The notes beneath the pieces were generated by a model. That model ran no database searches. It saw nothing but the letters and a program-made list of their open reading frames with translations, and was not told the origin of the DNA. Positions 1-9,288 of a stretch of 64,000 nt of DNA are shown here, piece after piece. The DNA lies in IMG/VR virus record IMGVR_UViG_3300014204_000114, positions 123,795 to 187,794 of that record; one strand, 5' to 3'. Made by a program: the position numbers and the translations under genes. This stretch comes from a virus (taxonomy: Duplodnaviria; Caudoviricetes). The stretch's first letter is position 1. The number at the start of each line of letters is the position of its first letter.

Positions 1-1
1 G

Positions 2-1138
2 TTTAAGCAGTATCTTAGAGAATGTTCTGATTTAGGGTTAAAGATAATGCCGCCGGATATAAATGAATCCGATAGAGGGTTTAGACCTGCAGGGGATGAT
101 TCGAATCCGGTTATCTATTTTGGTTTAAATGGTATTACAGGTATAGGATCTAAAGTCGTAGATGAGATATTGTTAGCCAGAGAATCCGGTCCTTTTATGA
201 ATATTAAAGATTTTGTTTCAAGAGTTAATACCAGAGTAGTTAATAAAGGCAAGAGAGAACTACTAGCCAAAATAGGCTGCTTTGATAAGTTTAATGTTAA
301 TAGAAGGGCTGTTGCTGAACAGCTAGAGGACTTAGTTGATTATGCGGCAAGAACAAGAACTTATAATGCCGCGCTGGATAAGTATCATGCTTATGTAGAC
401 AAGAGAAGAGAAGAAGGGAAAGATATAACAAAGGTCCCGCCTGCTAAACCTGTGTTCGAAAAGACTTATTCTCATGTGGAAAATTATATAGAGAAAGAGC
501 TATGTGATTTTGAAAGAGATTTCTTGGGGGCATACGTAACCAATCACCCGTTGATTAAGATAAGACAATTCAAGGGAGACTCTCAATATGTCATTTCGGA
601 CTTAAAGGATGACTATTATGTGGACCAGCCGATTCATCTCTACTGTATGGTAGAAGACGCCCGAAAGATAAAGACTAAGAATGGAACCAACATGGCGTTC
701 CTGAAAATCATAGACGAGTTTGATAGTATAGAATGCGTAGTGTTCCCTAAAGTGTATGAAGTATCTAAAAGTGTATTGGTAGATCCATATCTATCCGGCG
801 CGTATTTTATCGAGGGAATGCTTCGACCTAACTATCAAGACAGATCTGTAATGAATGTTATAGCTAATAAGATAATGCCTATAGAAAGCAGTGAAGGATT
901 AAGGCATAACTATAAATTAATTCTTAAGCCTAATAAGACATTCCATAAGCTTCTTAAGATGAAACCTCTTCTAAAACGCCACAGAGCTTATGAGAATAAC
1001 CTTAATATGATATCTCTTAAGATAGGCGACATCGAATTTGAATTCCGTAACTCAAGACAGTTCGAAGAAACAGGAAAGATCAGAGCTCTATTAAGAGAGA
1101 ACGGCATTGATGGAAATCTAGTATTGGAAAAACGTTAG
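2..1138 (+). CDS. dnaE: DNA polymerase III alpha subunit (DnaE), C-terminal part; 5' end lies outside the window
   Basis: Frame open from position 2 (FKQYLREC..GLKIMPPDINES); IYFGLNGITGIG HhH motif; ERDFLGAYVTNHPL; OB-fold KTKNGTNMAFLKIID..IECVVFPKVY. Confidence 0.93.
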   Translation, partial: FKQYLRECSDLGLKIMPPDINESDRGFRPAGDDSNPVIYFGLNGITGIGSKVVDEILLARESGPFMNIKDFVSRVNTRVVNKGKRELLAKIGCFDKFNVNRRAVAEQLEDLVDYAARTRTYNAALDKYHAYVDKRREEGKDITKVPPAKPVFEKTYSHVENYIEKELCDFERDFLGAYVTNHPLIKIRQFKGDSQYVISDLKDDYYVDQPIHLYCMVEDARKIKTKNGTNMAFLKIIDEFDSIECVVFPKVYEVSKSVLVDPYLSGAYFIEGMLRPNYQDRSVMNVIANKIMPIESSEGLRHNYKLILKPNKTFHKLLKMKPLLKRHRAYENNLNMISLKIGDIEFEFRNSRQFEETGKIRALLRENGIDGNLVLEKR

Positions 1139-1181
1139 AATAATCAACTAGATTTTATTTATTTTATTTTTCGGAGATAAG

Positions 1182-1391
1182 ATGGAGATCCAGACAAAGG
1201 TCCTATACCTGATAGGATTCATTTTATTATTATCTTTACTAATAGGAATGGCAGTTCTTTGCGTTCTGGTTAAGATAATAATCTATTTGGTAAGCAATTT
1301 TGGAATTTTTTTGTTGATTTTGTTTTTACTGTATTGTATAATACGGGATAATGGAAAGGGAGATAGCAATGGAGATATACAAGACGAATAA
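1182..1391 (+). CDS. small membrane protein (2 TM)
   Basis: GGAG RBS; two long hydrophobic stretches. Confidence 0.55.
   Translation: MEIQTKVLYLIGFILLLSLLIGMAVLCVLVKIIIYLVSNFGIFLLILFLLYCIIRDNGKGDSNGDIQDE
1314..1342 (+). promoter_or_regulatory. sigma70-type promoter
   Basis: TTGATT (1314-1319), 17 nt spacer, TATAAT (1337-1342), upstream of GGGAG RBS and ATG 1369. Confidence 0.55.
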
Positions 1392-2172
1392 GATTTCTCT
1401 GTCGGGCAATCGCAAAGTAGATCCGAACACGCTAGATATTTCTAAGGGATGTATAGGCGCTCAAAAGAGAGAGAATGGATGTTATAACGCCTGTTACGCC
1501 TGTAAGATGTCCAAGTTAGCCAACAAAGATTTCTCCGTTCCCGTCCCGCAGATATTAGACGAAAGTCTATTACGTAAACAGCTTAAAACTCTAAAGCAAA
1601 ACTGGGTTAGGATAGGAGTCTCCGGAGACCCATCTTCGGATTGGGATACTACAGTTAAAGTGTGTCAGATAGTCAGAGAGTCAGGGAGAACCCCGGTAGT
1701 CAAAACTAAATGCTGGACAGAACCAGAACAGATACATCTTAAGCAAATGGCTGTTTCTAATACCATCTTCCAAGTCTCTATGTCAGCACTAGATGATGAG
1801 GACGAAAGCAAACGAAGATCCAAAGCCTTGGCTTCTTACAGAGACCTCCTGCCAGGCTATTCTGTTCCTATGGTAAACTCGCTTGCGTTTAAGCCCGGAG
1901 AATTACACACCAGACAAGCTACTGATTCTGAATTACTTTTAAAGTTCTGCGGGAGTATCTTAGAAGTTCCAATAAGACTGTTTAAGACTAACCCTATATG
2001 GAAAGAGCTTGACGAGTCAAAATATCATCATCACGAATCAGTCATAAGTGGTAAGGAAGATTCCCAGTATACAGCCGGACTGGTAATAAATCTTACCGGC
2101 GTCTATCCATGTAATACTAAATGTAGTGAATGCGAGAACCAATGTATGGTCAATGTGTTGGAGAAAAAGTAA
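1369..2172 (+). CDS. radical-SAM-like Fe-S protein
   Basis: GC-x8-GCYNACYAC Cys cluster, RIGVSGDP, C-terminal CxxxCxxCxxxC; start moved to ATG 1369 behind GGGAG. Confidence 0.55.
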   Translation: MEIYKTNKISLSGNRKVDPNTLDISKGCIGAQKRENGCYNACYACKMSKLANKDFSVPVPQILDESLLRKQLKTLKQNWVRIGVSGDPSSDWDTTVKVCQIVRESGRTPVVKTKCWTEPEQIHLKQMAVSNTIFQVSMSALDDEDESKRRSKALASYRDLLPGYSVPMVNSLAFKPGELHTRQATDSELLLKFCGSILEVPIRLFKTNPIWKELDESKYHHHESVISGKEDSQYTAGLVINLTGVYPCNTKCSECENQCMVNVLEKK

Positions 2173-2173
2173 C

Positions 2174-2416
2174 ATGGTCCCTTACGGCTCTACTAAAAAA
2201 GACCCTTTGAAATTAGATAAAGTGGATCTTGAAACTTTATATAATAATTTTAAAGAGGGTTTGTTTGATACGCAGATTAAGGATTACGAATATATAATTG
2301 CTTCAAGACAATTAGTTGATACTACAGATGCTATCGGAAGATACGCTAATCACTTCGGTAATGACAACCAGATAATGGTTTGTACTGGATTGCAGTTTTC
2401 TAAGAAGGAGGACTAA
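2174..2416 (+). CDS. hypothetical protein
   Basis: ORF tightly packed between neighbours; start taken at ATG 2174. Confidence 0.6.
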   Translation: MVPYGSTKKDPLKLDKVDLETLYNNFKEGLFDTQIKDYEYIIASRQLVDTTDAIGRYANHFGNDNQIMVCTGLQFSKKED

Positions 2417-3681
2417 TGCAAACATTAAAGAAACCGGGATGGAACACAGAAGAAAGAGAATTGATCAAGGCTTTATACCCATACTTTGGGCCTGGAGTAG
2501 TAGCATATGTATTTCAAAGACTAGGGATTAGAAGAAACTATGGAGCTATAGAATCTCATGCCAGAAGAAATGGGATTAAGTTTACGAACTATCCTGATGA
2601 CTTTGATTCTTCTACAGTATCCGAAGATGTTCTCGCTATTATACAGGAGATGATTAATGACTCTAATGTAGATGATGAAATAGAGAATGATATAGACGCG
2701 GAATTAGATACGGAGACAGACGAGCCTTCTTATGTTCAGAAGTTTACTTCTAGAAAAGTGTCTACAACGATGGATGATCTAAAGTTGTCACTGGATAACT
2801 TGAGAAAAGAAATAGTTCCGCTGGAGATACCTGAACCAACAGATATGAATACCGGAGAGTCTTATTGCATATTACTTTCCGACCTTCATATAGGCTCTCT
2901 AATAGAGGATGAGAATAATGAAGTTATATACGACACTCAGATAGCTCTCGAAATGATTCGTGCTATGGCACAAAAGTTCTACGAGATTATACATCTGGTC
3001 AAGAAAGGGACTTTAATAGACGAGATAGTTTTAATCCTCGCCGGGGATTTAATAGAGAACGACGTCATATATGATAATCAGACATTCGAAATAGATTCTC
3101 ATGCAGGTATACAGCTTAGGAATACAACCAGAGCTATATGGGAACTGATAGTAAATTTGAGAGCTACATTTAAAGTCCCTGTAAGAGTCATCACGGTTAA
3201 AGGGAATCACGGCAGAACAGGGGCTATAACAAAAGCTAACTTCGATTCGATACTCTATGACTTCTTAGTCCTTCTAAGAGATGTACATGAAGACAATGGT
3301 ATCTCTATTAAGACTACTGATAGGGAGTACATTAAGTTTGAAGTTAAAGGATGGAAAGGGTTAGTGAGACATAAGTTACCCGCGGAAGATAAATCATCTG
3401 CGTCTCTCAAGAAGTTTGGAGGCTGGTACGCCCAGCATGGATTTGATTTTTGTGTAGGCGGACACTGGCATATGTGGGGAATAGGCAACTATGGCAATCG
3501 TCCAATTTTCAGGAACGGTGCATTATCTCCGGGGAATGAATACGCTGAGAGTTTGTCTCTGGGAGATGGAGAACCTACAATGTTAGTATGGGGAGCCACA
3601 AGAAAAAGAATCCCTACGTCTGTTTACCCTGTAAACTTTGGCATTGAGGAAAAAGAAGATGATGATCAAGAAAACGATTGA
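2416..3681 (+). CDS. calcineurin-like metallophosphoesterase with N-terminal HTH/Myb-like domain
   Basis: SDLHIG, AGDLIEN, KGNHG, GGHWH motifs; N-terminal WNTEERELIKALYP; acidic linker; AAGGAGG RBS. Confidence 0.85.
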   Translation: MQTLKKPGWNTEERELIKALYPYFGPGVVAYVFQRLGIRRNYGAIESHARRNGIKFTNYPDDFDSSTVSEDVLAIIQEMINDSNVDDEIENDIDAELDTETDEPSYVQKFTSRKVSTTMDDLKLSLDNLRKEIVPLEIPEPTDMNTGESYCILLSDLHIGSLIEDENNEVIYDTQIALEMIRAMAQKFYEIIHLVKKGTLIDEIVLILAGDLIENDVIYDNQTFEIDSHAGIQLRNTTRAIWELIVNLRATFKVPVRVITVKGNHGRTGAITKANFDSILYDFLVLLRDVHEDNGISIKTTDREYIKFEVKGWKGLVRHKLPAEDKSSASLKKFGGWYAQHGFDFCVGGHWHMWGIGNYGNRPIFRNGALSPGNEYAESLSLGDGEPTMLVWGATRKRIPTSVYPVNFGIEEKEDDDQEND

Positions 3682-3895
3682 AAAATTATCTGGGTTTCAG
3701 GTTGCTGATTTTTGGCACATAACTTTGGATGGCAAGTACCCATTATGTGTTCAAACGGAAGCTGATAAGAGATTTTGGGATGGATACGAAGTTAAGTTAA
3801 GTGACAGCGAAATTCCGGAAGATGGTTTCGTCTGCGGAATATGTTTTGTTTTACAAGGAAAGGAGAAAAGGAAAAATGAAGTTAGTATTGAATGA
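3659..3895 (+). CDS. hypothetical protein (H..C..CxxC, possible Zn site)
   Basis: GAGG RBS before ATG 3659; WH..PLC..CGIC. Confidence 0.55.
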   Translation: MMIKKTIEKLSGFQVADFWHITLDGKYPLCVQTEADKRFWDGYEVKLSDSEIPEDGFVCGICFVLQGKEKRKNEVSIE

Positions 3896-4160
3896 GGGAG
3901 ATGTACAGCTTGAACTTAAGAAAGAATTTTGCGAAGAGTTCGGGATAGATAAAGATAATTGCGAAGCTCCAAGTCCCCAAGAAAGAGCTAATATGGACTT
4001 TATTGTAGGAGTTGAAAAGTGGATAAAAGAAAATAAGAATCCCGGAGTTGATGGAGTCAAACTTGTGATAGTAGAGGCAGACGACTCTAAAGATTTCTAT
4101 CTTAATACTCATAGCGAATGGACAGCTAACGAGTTTATAGAGTACACGGAGTTTGAATGA
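3876..4160 (+). CDS. hypothetical protein
   Basis: AGGAG upstream of ATG 3876; ATGA overlap with next gene. Confidence 0.65.
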   Translation: MKLVLNEGDVQLELKKEFCEEFGIDKDNCEAPSPQERANMDFIVGVEKWIKENKNPGVDGVKLVIVEADDSKDFYLNTHSEWTANEFIEYTEFE

Positions 4161-4438
4161 AACTAATTGACGTATTAGTATTCTGCGATCTATGTAAAAG
4201 CAAATCAGAAGCTCGTAGGCTGATTCAACAAGGGGCTGTTCAGGTGGACGGAATAAAGATTAAGGACATTGACACTCTGGTTAACCCAACAAAGAAAGAA
4301 GCAGAAGAATATTTTGAAAAACATAAAGACGAATCAAATATAGAAGTCATGACGAACAGTTTTCAAATGAAGAAAATAGTATGGATGGATACGGAACCGG
4401 TAGTGATGGAAAATAAGGAGAATTCATCGTGTTTATAG
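4157..4438 (+). CDS. stand-alone S4 RNA-binding domain (TyrRS C-terminal type)
   Basis: [26 protein letters not shown] matches the S4 consensus of tyrosyl-tRNA synthetase C-termini. Confidence 0.8.
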   Translation: MKLIDVLVFCDLCKSKSEARRLIQQGAVQVDGIKIKDIDTLVNPTKKEAEEYFEKHKDESNIEVMTNSFQMKKIVWMDTEPVVMENKENSSCL

Positions 4439-4782
4439 AATTAGCATATGAAAAATTTAAGCCGTTGGTTGATGTCTGTTATATAGAAGTTAATACCGAA
4501 TGGACAGATAATGGGATAAACCAAAAGGTAGATAATTTTACAGCTGTAATTACTTCACTTCAACTGAATGACCAATTCTTAGCTATAGAATTTTCTGATA
4601 TAGCTCCATATCCTTTAAGTAGCACTGGTACCCACTGTAGAAAACAGTACGTCACAGCTATAACTAACTCTAATGCAAACCTATTTTATCGCGGGAACCA
4701 AGAAAAAATAGCATGCTGGGATTTTCTATCTAAAAAAATGACAACATTTATAATAAAGCCAATAGCGACAAAAAATGATTAA
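4429..4782 (+). CDS. hypothetical protein
   Basis: AAGGAG RBS, GTG start, overlaps neighbours. Confidence 0.6.
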   Translation: MFIELAYEKFKPLVDVCYIEVNTEWTDNGINQKVDNFTAVITSLQLNDQFLAIEFSDIAPYPLSSTGTHCRKQYVTAITNSNANLFYRGNQEKIACWDFLSKKMTTFIIKPIATKND

Positions 4783-4942
4783 ACAGCCGAGATCAAGAAT
4801 CTGGAAAGACTTAGAATATGATGAGCTCGTATTTGAGATACGTATGCATAACAGCTGGGTCGCCCAAAAGAATATAAGATTAAGACTTGCTTGGCTTTTA
4901 ATCAAAAAAGCTTTTACTGTCTTATTATTTTGGGAGGGATGA
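4775..4942 (+). CDS. small hypothetical protein (55 aa, not in ORF track)
   Basis: [32 protein letters not shown]; fills the gap and overlaps the next start (ATGA). Confidence 0.55.
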   Translation: MIKQPRSRIWKDLEYDELVFEIRMHNSWVAQKNIRLRLAWLLIKKAFTVLLFWEG

Positions 4943-5220
4943 TGGTGTATTATACAACAAATTATGCAAATTCAACTACTAGCGCTAGCCATGATGGTTA
5001 TTACTATTATCCTTATTATGCTTCAGCGCCAGTAAAAAGTCTAAGACAGAAAGTCATGGACGTAGTTGATGGCTTTAGAAGAGGCCATATAGATTATGAG
5101 GAAGCCAGAAAGGATATATTTAGTCTGACCAACCAAGACTCGCAAGACGAAAGGCAAGAAGGTATAGAAACTATAAACGAAATAAATAGAGTAAACAATC
5201 TTATACCTACAGGAGGGTAA
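4939..5220 (+). CDS. hypothetical protein with Tyr-rich N-terminus
   Basis: GGGAGG RBS before ATG 4939/4942. Confidence 0.6.
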   Translation: MMVYYTTNYANSTTSASHDGYYYYPYYASAPVKSLRQKVMDVVDGFRRGHIDYEEARKDIFSLTNQDSQDERQEGIETINEINRVNNLIPTGG

Positions 5221-5227
5221 GGATAAA

Positions 5228-5461
5228 ATGTCTACAATAAGATTTGGTAATACTAACGACATCCCTAAAGGAGGAAACAGATATATAGAAGTACATAGGA
5301 ACCCTAGTCCAGGAAACATAGTATCAATACTTATAAAATTCCCTGAGCGATATCCCGAGACGATTGATCTGACTGAAGAGGATGTTATGGTGCTGAAGGC
5401 ACAGCTTAGTAATATCTTATCGGATTTGAAATATCAAAGACTGAAAGAAATAAAGTATTAA
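5228..5461 (+). CDS. hypothetical protein
   Basis: GGAGG/AAGGA RBS; operon packing. Confidence 0.6.
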   Translation: MSTIRFGNTNDIPKGGNRYIEVHRNPSPGNIVSILIKFPERYPETIDLTEEDVMVLKAQLSNILSDLKYQRLKEIKY

Positions 5462-5463
5462 AT

Positions 5464-6018
5464 ATGATATTCTTTACTTCAGATCTCCATCTCAATCACT
5501 GGTCTAGTCCGGACAGGAATATCATAAAGTACTGCGATCGACCGTTCGAAGACATTAACGAAATGAACGAGTCTATTATTAATAATTGGAACAGTATTGT
5601 ATCTAAGAATGATACAGTATACCATCTTGGTGACTTTGCATTTCATTGGGTAAAAGACTTAAAGCATAATGAGATTGTACCTTATTGGGAATCTAGATTA
5701 AATGGTAAGATAGTCCATATAAAGGGTAATCATGATGATTCCATACGGCCTTGTATAGAGGTTGCGGTGATTAAGTTCAGCGGATTAAATATACTTATGC
5801 AGCATCACCCTCCCTTCAGTCTATTGGAAGTGCCTGAGTTTTGTAATTTAGTTTTATGTGGGCACGTACACGAGAAATGGAAAGTCCAATGGCTGGATTA
5901 TCCGGAGGGTCGTAGAGTACCTATAGTTAACGTAGGCGTAGATCAATGGGGTTTTAAACCTATATTGAAGGATGATTTAATTAAATTTTATAAAATGCTA
6001 CAGAAAGAAGAAAAATGA
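5464..6018 (+). CDS. calcineurin-like metallophosphoesterase (small phage type)
   Basis: FTSDLHLNH, YHLGDF, KGNHD, LCGHVH, NVGVD motifs. Confidence 0.9.
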   Translation: MIFFTSDLHLNHWSSPDRNIIKYCDRPFEDINEMNESIINNWNSIVSKNDTVYHLGDFAFHWVKDLKHNEIVPYWESRLNGKIVHIKGNHDDSIRPCIEVAVIKFSGLNILMQHHPPFSLLEVPEFCNLVLCGHVHEKWKVQWLDYPEGRRVPIVNVGVDQWGFKPILKDDLIKFYKMLQKEEK

Positions 6019-6470
6019 TTATAACGATCCCGTTCATGACTCTACTATATCTTAATGTATTCTTACAGGATTTAACAGGCTCTTGCGTAGAGAAAGCATT
6101 TGACTGTTTTGGGGTCGGAGACGACTATGTAAGGACTGTATACAATGATTTTGATGACGCGTTTGGATATACTTGGTTTTCGAATGATGCTATGATGGGT
6201 GTTTCCGAAGGACAATTGCATCTAATCTCTCCGGAGCCCGATGGTACATGCGCTATTATAGATCAAGTAGGAGTAGTTAGCGATGATATGATATCCGTAT
6301 TTTATAATATAGAAAATGTTCATACTACTGATTTGTATACAATTGAACTGCATGTTAGAAGAGATAAAGACGGAGAGCTAAACGAGACTAATATAATCCG
6401 CAGATGTAATGACACATTTGAATACGTAGACTACGATCTAATAGATACGATAGGAGGATTTGATGGATAA
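6015..6470 (+). CDS. hypothetical protein, possibly exported
   Basis: Hydrophobic N-terminus; acidic Cys-containing body. Confidence 0.55.
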   Translation: MIITIPFMTLLYLNVFLQDLTGSCVEKAFDCFGVGDDYVRTVYNDFDDAFGYTWFSNDAMMGVSEGQLHLISPEPDGTCAIIDQVGVVSDDMISVFYNIENVHTTDLYTIELHVRRDKDGELNETNIIRRCNDTFEYVDYDLIDTIGGFDG

Positions 6471-6930
6471 GTTCGATATGCCATATTACTGGTGGATATC
6501 TCAAAAGAAATTCAGAATAAAGATGTGGCTTCAGAGGCTATTCAGAGGATACGCCGACGAAGATATCTGGAGCGCGGATGTTTGGATAGCCAAAAGAATA
6601 GTAACAGCTACTAAAAGATTACAAGAAGATATTGCCGGGTACCCATGTCCTCTAAAAGACGACGAAGAATGGGAGAGTATCCTTAAAAAGATACAGGAAG
6701 GTTTTGAAGCATTAATTATTCTTGAGACAGATGATTACGAAGTGGGTGTAGATAGCGGAGATTTTCATACAGAACCTACTGGAGATGGATATTATAAAAT
6801 GGTTAGAGATGATCCAGAAGCTTGGGAGAGATGGCATGCGGTTAATTCCATCAAAATATCCTTACTAGAAGAGAAGTATAAGATAGGGATGGAATTACTT
6901 GTAAAATATTTCAGGTATTTATGGAATTAA
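6460..6930 (+). CDS. conserved phage hypothetical protein
   Basis: QRLFRGYADEDIW..GYP..EWESILKKIQEGF..YFRYLW pattern typical of a widespread phage family; AGGAGG RBS. Confidence 0.65.
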   Translation: MMDKFDMPYYWWISQKKFRIKMWLQRLFRGYADEDIWSADVWIAKRIVTATKRLQEDIAGYPCPLKDDEEWESILKKIQEGFEALIILETDDYEVGVDSGDFHTEPTGDGYYKMVRDDPEAWERWHAVNSIKISLLEEKYKIGMELLVKYFRYLWN

Positions 6931-7091
6931 AAAAAGAAAATTTGGCTAAAGCCTTAACTATCTTAGAAGCTATCTGGAAAGAAGGAGAGATCTCCTGGAT
7001 GACATATATGTTTGATACCCCGGGTATAAATATCAACAGAGATATAGAAGATATTATAAAGAAAGCTAAAGAGGAATTAGAGCAAATATGA
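6921..7091 (+). CDS. small hypothetical protein (56 aa, not in ORF track)
   Basis: MELKKENLAKALTILEAIW..KEELEQI; fills the gap, ATGA overlap with 7088. Confidence 0.55.
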   Translation: MELKKENLAKALTILEAIWKEGEISWMTYMFDTPGININRDIEDIIKKAKEELEQI

Positions 7092-7519
7092 ATATATATA
7101 TATTAAAATATAACTATTTTGAATGCAGCCGTATCTTTGGAGCAACATTTAATAAGGAGTATGCGGAGTTAGTAAAAGCTGATAGCGATATCCCTAAGGA
7201 TATAGGTATAGAAGAAGTCGAGTTAGACATCCCATTTTATTCTATTAAGAATTATTGGGAAGTATTTATGTCTGATACGGATTATACTGAAAATATATCT
7301 TTATGGGCACTGCTGGTTAATACCAGTGAAGGAGAAATTGACGACTCTCTGATAGAATATTATCAGGAAGAAGGGTATTTCCATTGTATAACGCGATTCA
7401 GAGTTAAGGATTATACTAAGGAAGAAGCTGAAGTAAAAGCTAAAGAGTTGTTCACTAAGTTTTTAAATAAATATGAACCATTTGAAAGAAAAGAATTTAC
7501 TCTTATAAAGGATGTATAA
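7088..7519 (+). CDS. hypothetical protein
   Basis: MNIYIL..IFGA..KEYAE..IEEVELD, a common small phage protein N-terminus. Confidence 0.65.
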   Translation: MNIYILKYNYFECSRIFGATFNKEYAELVKADSDIPKDIGIEEVELDIPFYSIKNYWEVFMSDTDYTENISLWALLVNTSEGEIDDSLIEYYQEEGYFHCITRFRVKDYTKEEAEVKAKELFTKFLNKYEPFERKEFTLIKDV

Positions 7520-7840
7520 ATGAAGATTGAAACAACGCTAAGAGAATTTGCAAAAAGCGATTATCTATGGAATTCTTGTAGACGTTTGTGGCTTTCCCCA
7601 GGTGATATTCGTGATCGTATAAATCAATATAGAATAGAAGAGGTTAACGAGAGTGTATACATATTAATGATTACGATGTTTTATTTATCGTTTTATATAT
7701 TACTCGTTCCTTGGCTAACTCTTCTTTTAATTCTTTTTATATCGACTCTTGTCGTAGCTATCCCTCAAGGATTACTGCTCGGAATATTTAGTATTAAAGA
7801 TCAAAATCAATCAAAAGCTCGTTGGAAATCTAGACAATAA
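7520..7840 (+). CDS. hypothetical membrane protein
   Basis: Long hydrophobic segment; last gene before the strand switch. Confidence 0.55.
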   Translation: MKIETTLREFAKSDYLWNSCRRLWLSPGDIRDRINQYRIEEVNESVYILMITMFYLSFYILLVPWLTLLLILFISTLVVAIPQGLLLGIFSIKDQNQSKARWKSRQ

Positions 7841-7851
7841 TGTTAAATAGT

Positions 7852-8379
7852 TTAAGAAAAAATCTTATCCCTTATCTCAGACAGCGAATACTTGATTTTG
7901 CGTACGCTCACAAAGAGTCTATCCGCAATCTCATTAAGAGTCTTATCCTCAAGATAATAAAGATATATTATCTTCTTCTCGAATTGAGTAAGAAAACTTG
8001 GGAGTTCCTCGCTGAATATAAACCAAGTGTTGATAGCTTCGTTTTGTATCTGCTCGGCTTTAATATCCCTGATAAGCCTGTCGCTATTGAGAAGGGGATC
8101 GTTCCTTTTCTTTAACTTCTGAAGCCATTTAGCTATCTCGAAGCTTGCATAGTAAGAAGCGAATACATGTCTTGGTAGTCTTGTGGATTTCCTTCTGATT
8201 CTCTTTTGGTATTTATCTATTACCGTAAGGAGGATAGCATAATACTCGTTATAAAGATCCTCTTTCTCATAATAATCCAGTACCCATTCCATATTAAGAC
8301 GCGTTTTTAATACGAGTCTTTCAATAAAACTATTGAAGTACTTCAGTTCCTGTTCTGTTAATTGTCTCTTGTCTTCCAT
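7852..8379 (-). CDS. compact sigma70-family factor (regions 2 and 4)
   Basis: EDLYNE..L..IDKY..FASYY (region-2-like); LTQFEKKIIYLYYLEDKTLNEIADRLFVSVRKIK (region 4 HTH). Confidence 0.7.
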   Translation of the reverse strand: MEDKRQLTEQELKYFNSFIERLVLKTRLNMEWVLDYYEKEDLYNEYYAILLTVIDKYQKRIRRKSTRLPRHVFASYYASFEIAKWLQKLKKRNDPLLNSDRLIRDIKAEQIQNEAINTWFIFSEELPSFLTQFEKKIIYLYYLEDKTLNEIADRLFVSVRKIKYSLSEIRDKIFS

Positions 8380-8890
8380 ATTCAGCTAGTAACGCCGCCT
8401 CAGCTATTCCATCTTGTTCTACTTCTTTACCGTCAGGTATGAGCTCTATGTCGGGAAATAGTTTTTTAGCAGTTATAATCGCTAATCCTTTTCTTTGTTT
8501 TTTAAGTTGTGCTTTCTCTTGCTCAGTCAAACCTTTCGGGGTCGATATAGTAATACCTAATTTTGCCTTCCATGTCGCCGGATGCACTAAACGAAATTCT
8601 ATATTTTCGAATATGAGCATAGCTAATATCATCCCGTAGCCTACTCCATAAGTAAACATAGAAGCGACACCCTGCCTAGGCATCGACTGTGCCTTCTCTA
8701 AATAGACTATCATCTTTTCGTCAAGGCTTAAAGGTTCGTGCTTTATGAATCTATATATCTCAGTGATGTCTATTAATTTCTCGCCTTCGATTTTTTTAGA
8801 GGTCATTGGAGCTGTTTTAATTAGATTCCCCTCGTCATCTATCATCGCCATTGCGCCTTTAGCACCGGGATCAATACCTATATAAATCAT
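8330..8890 (-). CDS. RuvC-like Holliday junction resolvase
   Basis: IGIDPGAKGA, YLEKAQSMPRQGVASMFTYG, HPATWK, DGIAEAALLAEY. Confidence 0.88.
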   Translation of the reverse strand: MIYIGIDPGAKGAMAMIDDEGNLIKTAPMTSKKIEGEKLIDITEIYRFIKHEPLSLDEKMIVYLEKAQSMPRQGVASMFTYGVGYGMILAMLIFENIEFRLVHPATWKAKLGITISTPKGLTEQEKAQLKKQRKGLAIITAKKLFPDIELIPDGKEVEQDGIAEAALLAEYGRQETINRTGTEVLQ

Positions 8891-9288
8891 AACTTTCTCT
8901 TTTTGCAATTGCATCCGACCATAGGCAACTCATTATTGGTCAGGAAATCATGCAGCCATTGTGCTAGTCTTTCGGTGTCGTCCTCGCTTAAGTATATACA
9001 AGCCTTAAAAGTCATAGCGTGAACCATCTCATGAAGGAATACTTCCTGGGCGAACTGCTCCGGGATACCATCCTCTATCTCTATTACCTGAGTACATTCA
9101 TCGTACTGACCTACATCACCTAAACTATATTCAGAGTTAACTCTTTGAGGCTTATCTTTGCTTTTCTCTTTGTCGATGTCCGTAATTTCAGGGACAGCTG
9201 TTATTTGTATGACGTTGCCGCCAAGTTTTATAAAGTCCCCAAATGAGGATCCCCAAGGATGCCCTGCTTGTGAATTTTTAGACGGCAT
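8887..9288 (-). CDS. HEXXH zinc metallopeptidase-like phage protein
   Basis: GQYD..QVIEI..EVFLHEMVHA..E. Confidence 0.7.
   Translation of the reverse strand: MPSKNSQAGHPWGSSFGDFIKLGGNVIQITAVPEITDIDKEKSKDKPQRVNSEYSLGDVGQYDECTQVIEIEDGIPEQFAQEVFLHEMVHAMTFKACIYLSEDDTERLAQWLHDFLTNNELPMVGCNCKKRKL

Noticed and set aside
1139-1181. ATTTT repeats after dnaE as origin or terminator
   Set aside because: Too short, no stem and no iterons
7840-8115. Plus-strand 91-aa ORF and the many other short antisense ORFs in the track
   Set aside because: They lie opposite well-supported genes and lack motifs; treated as shadow ORFs
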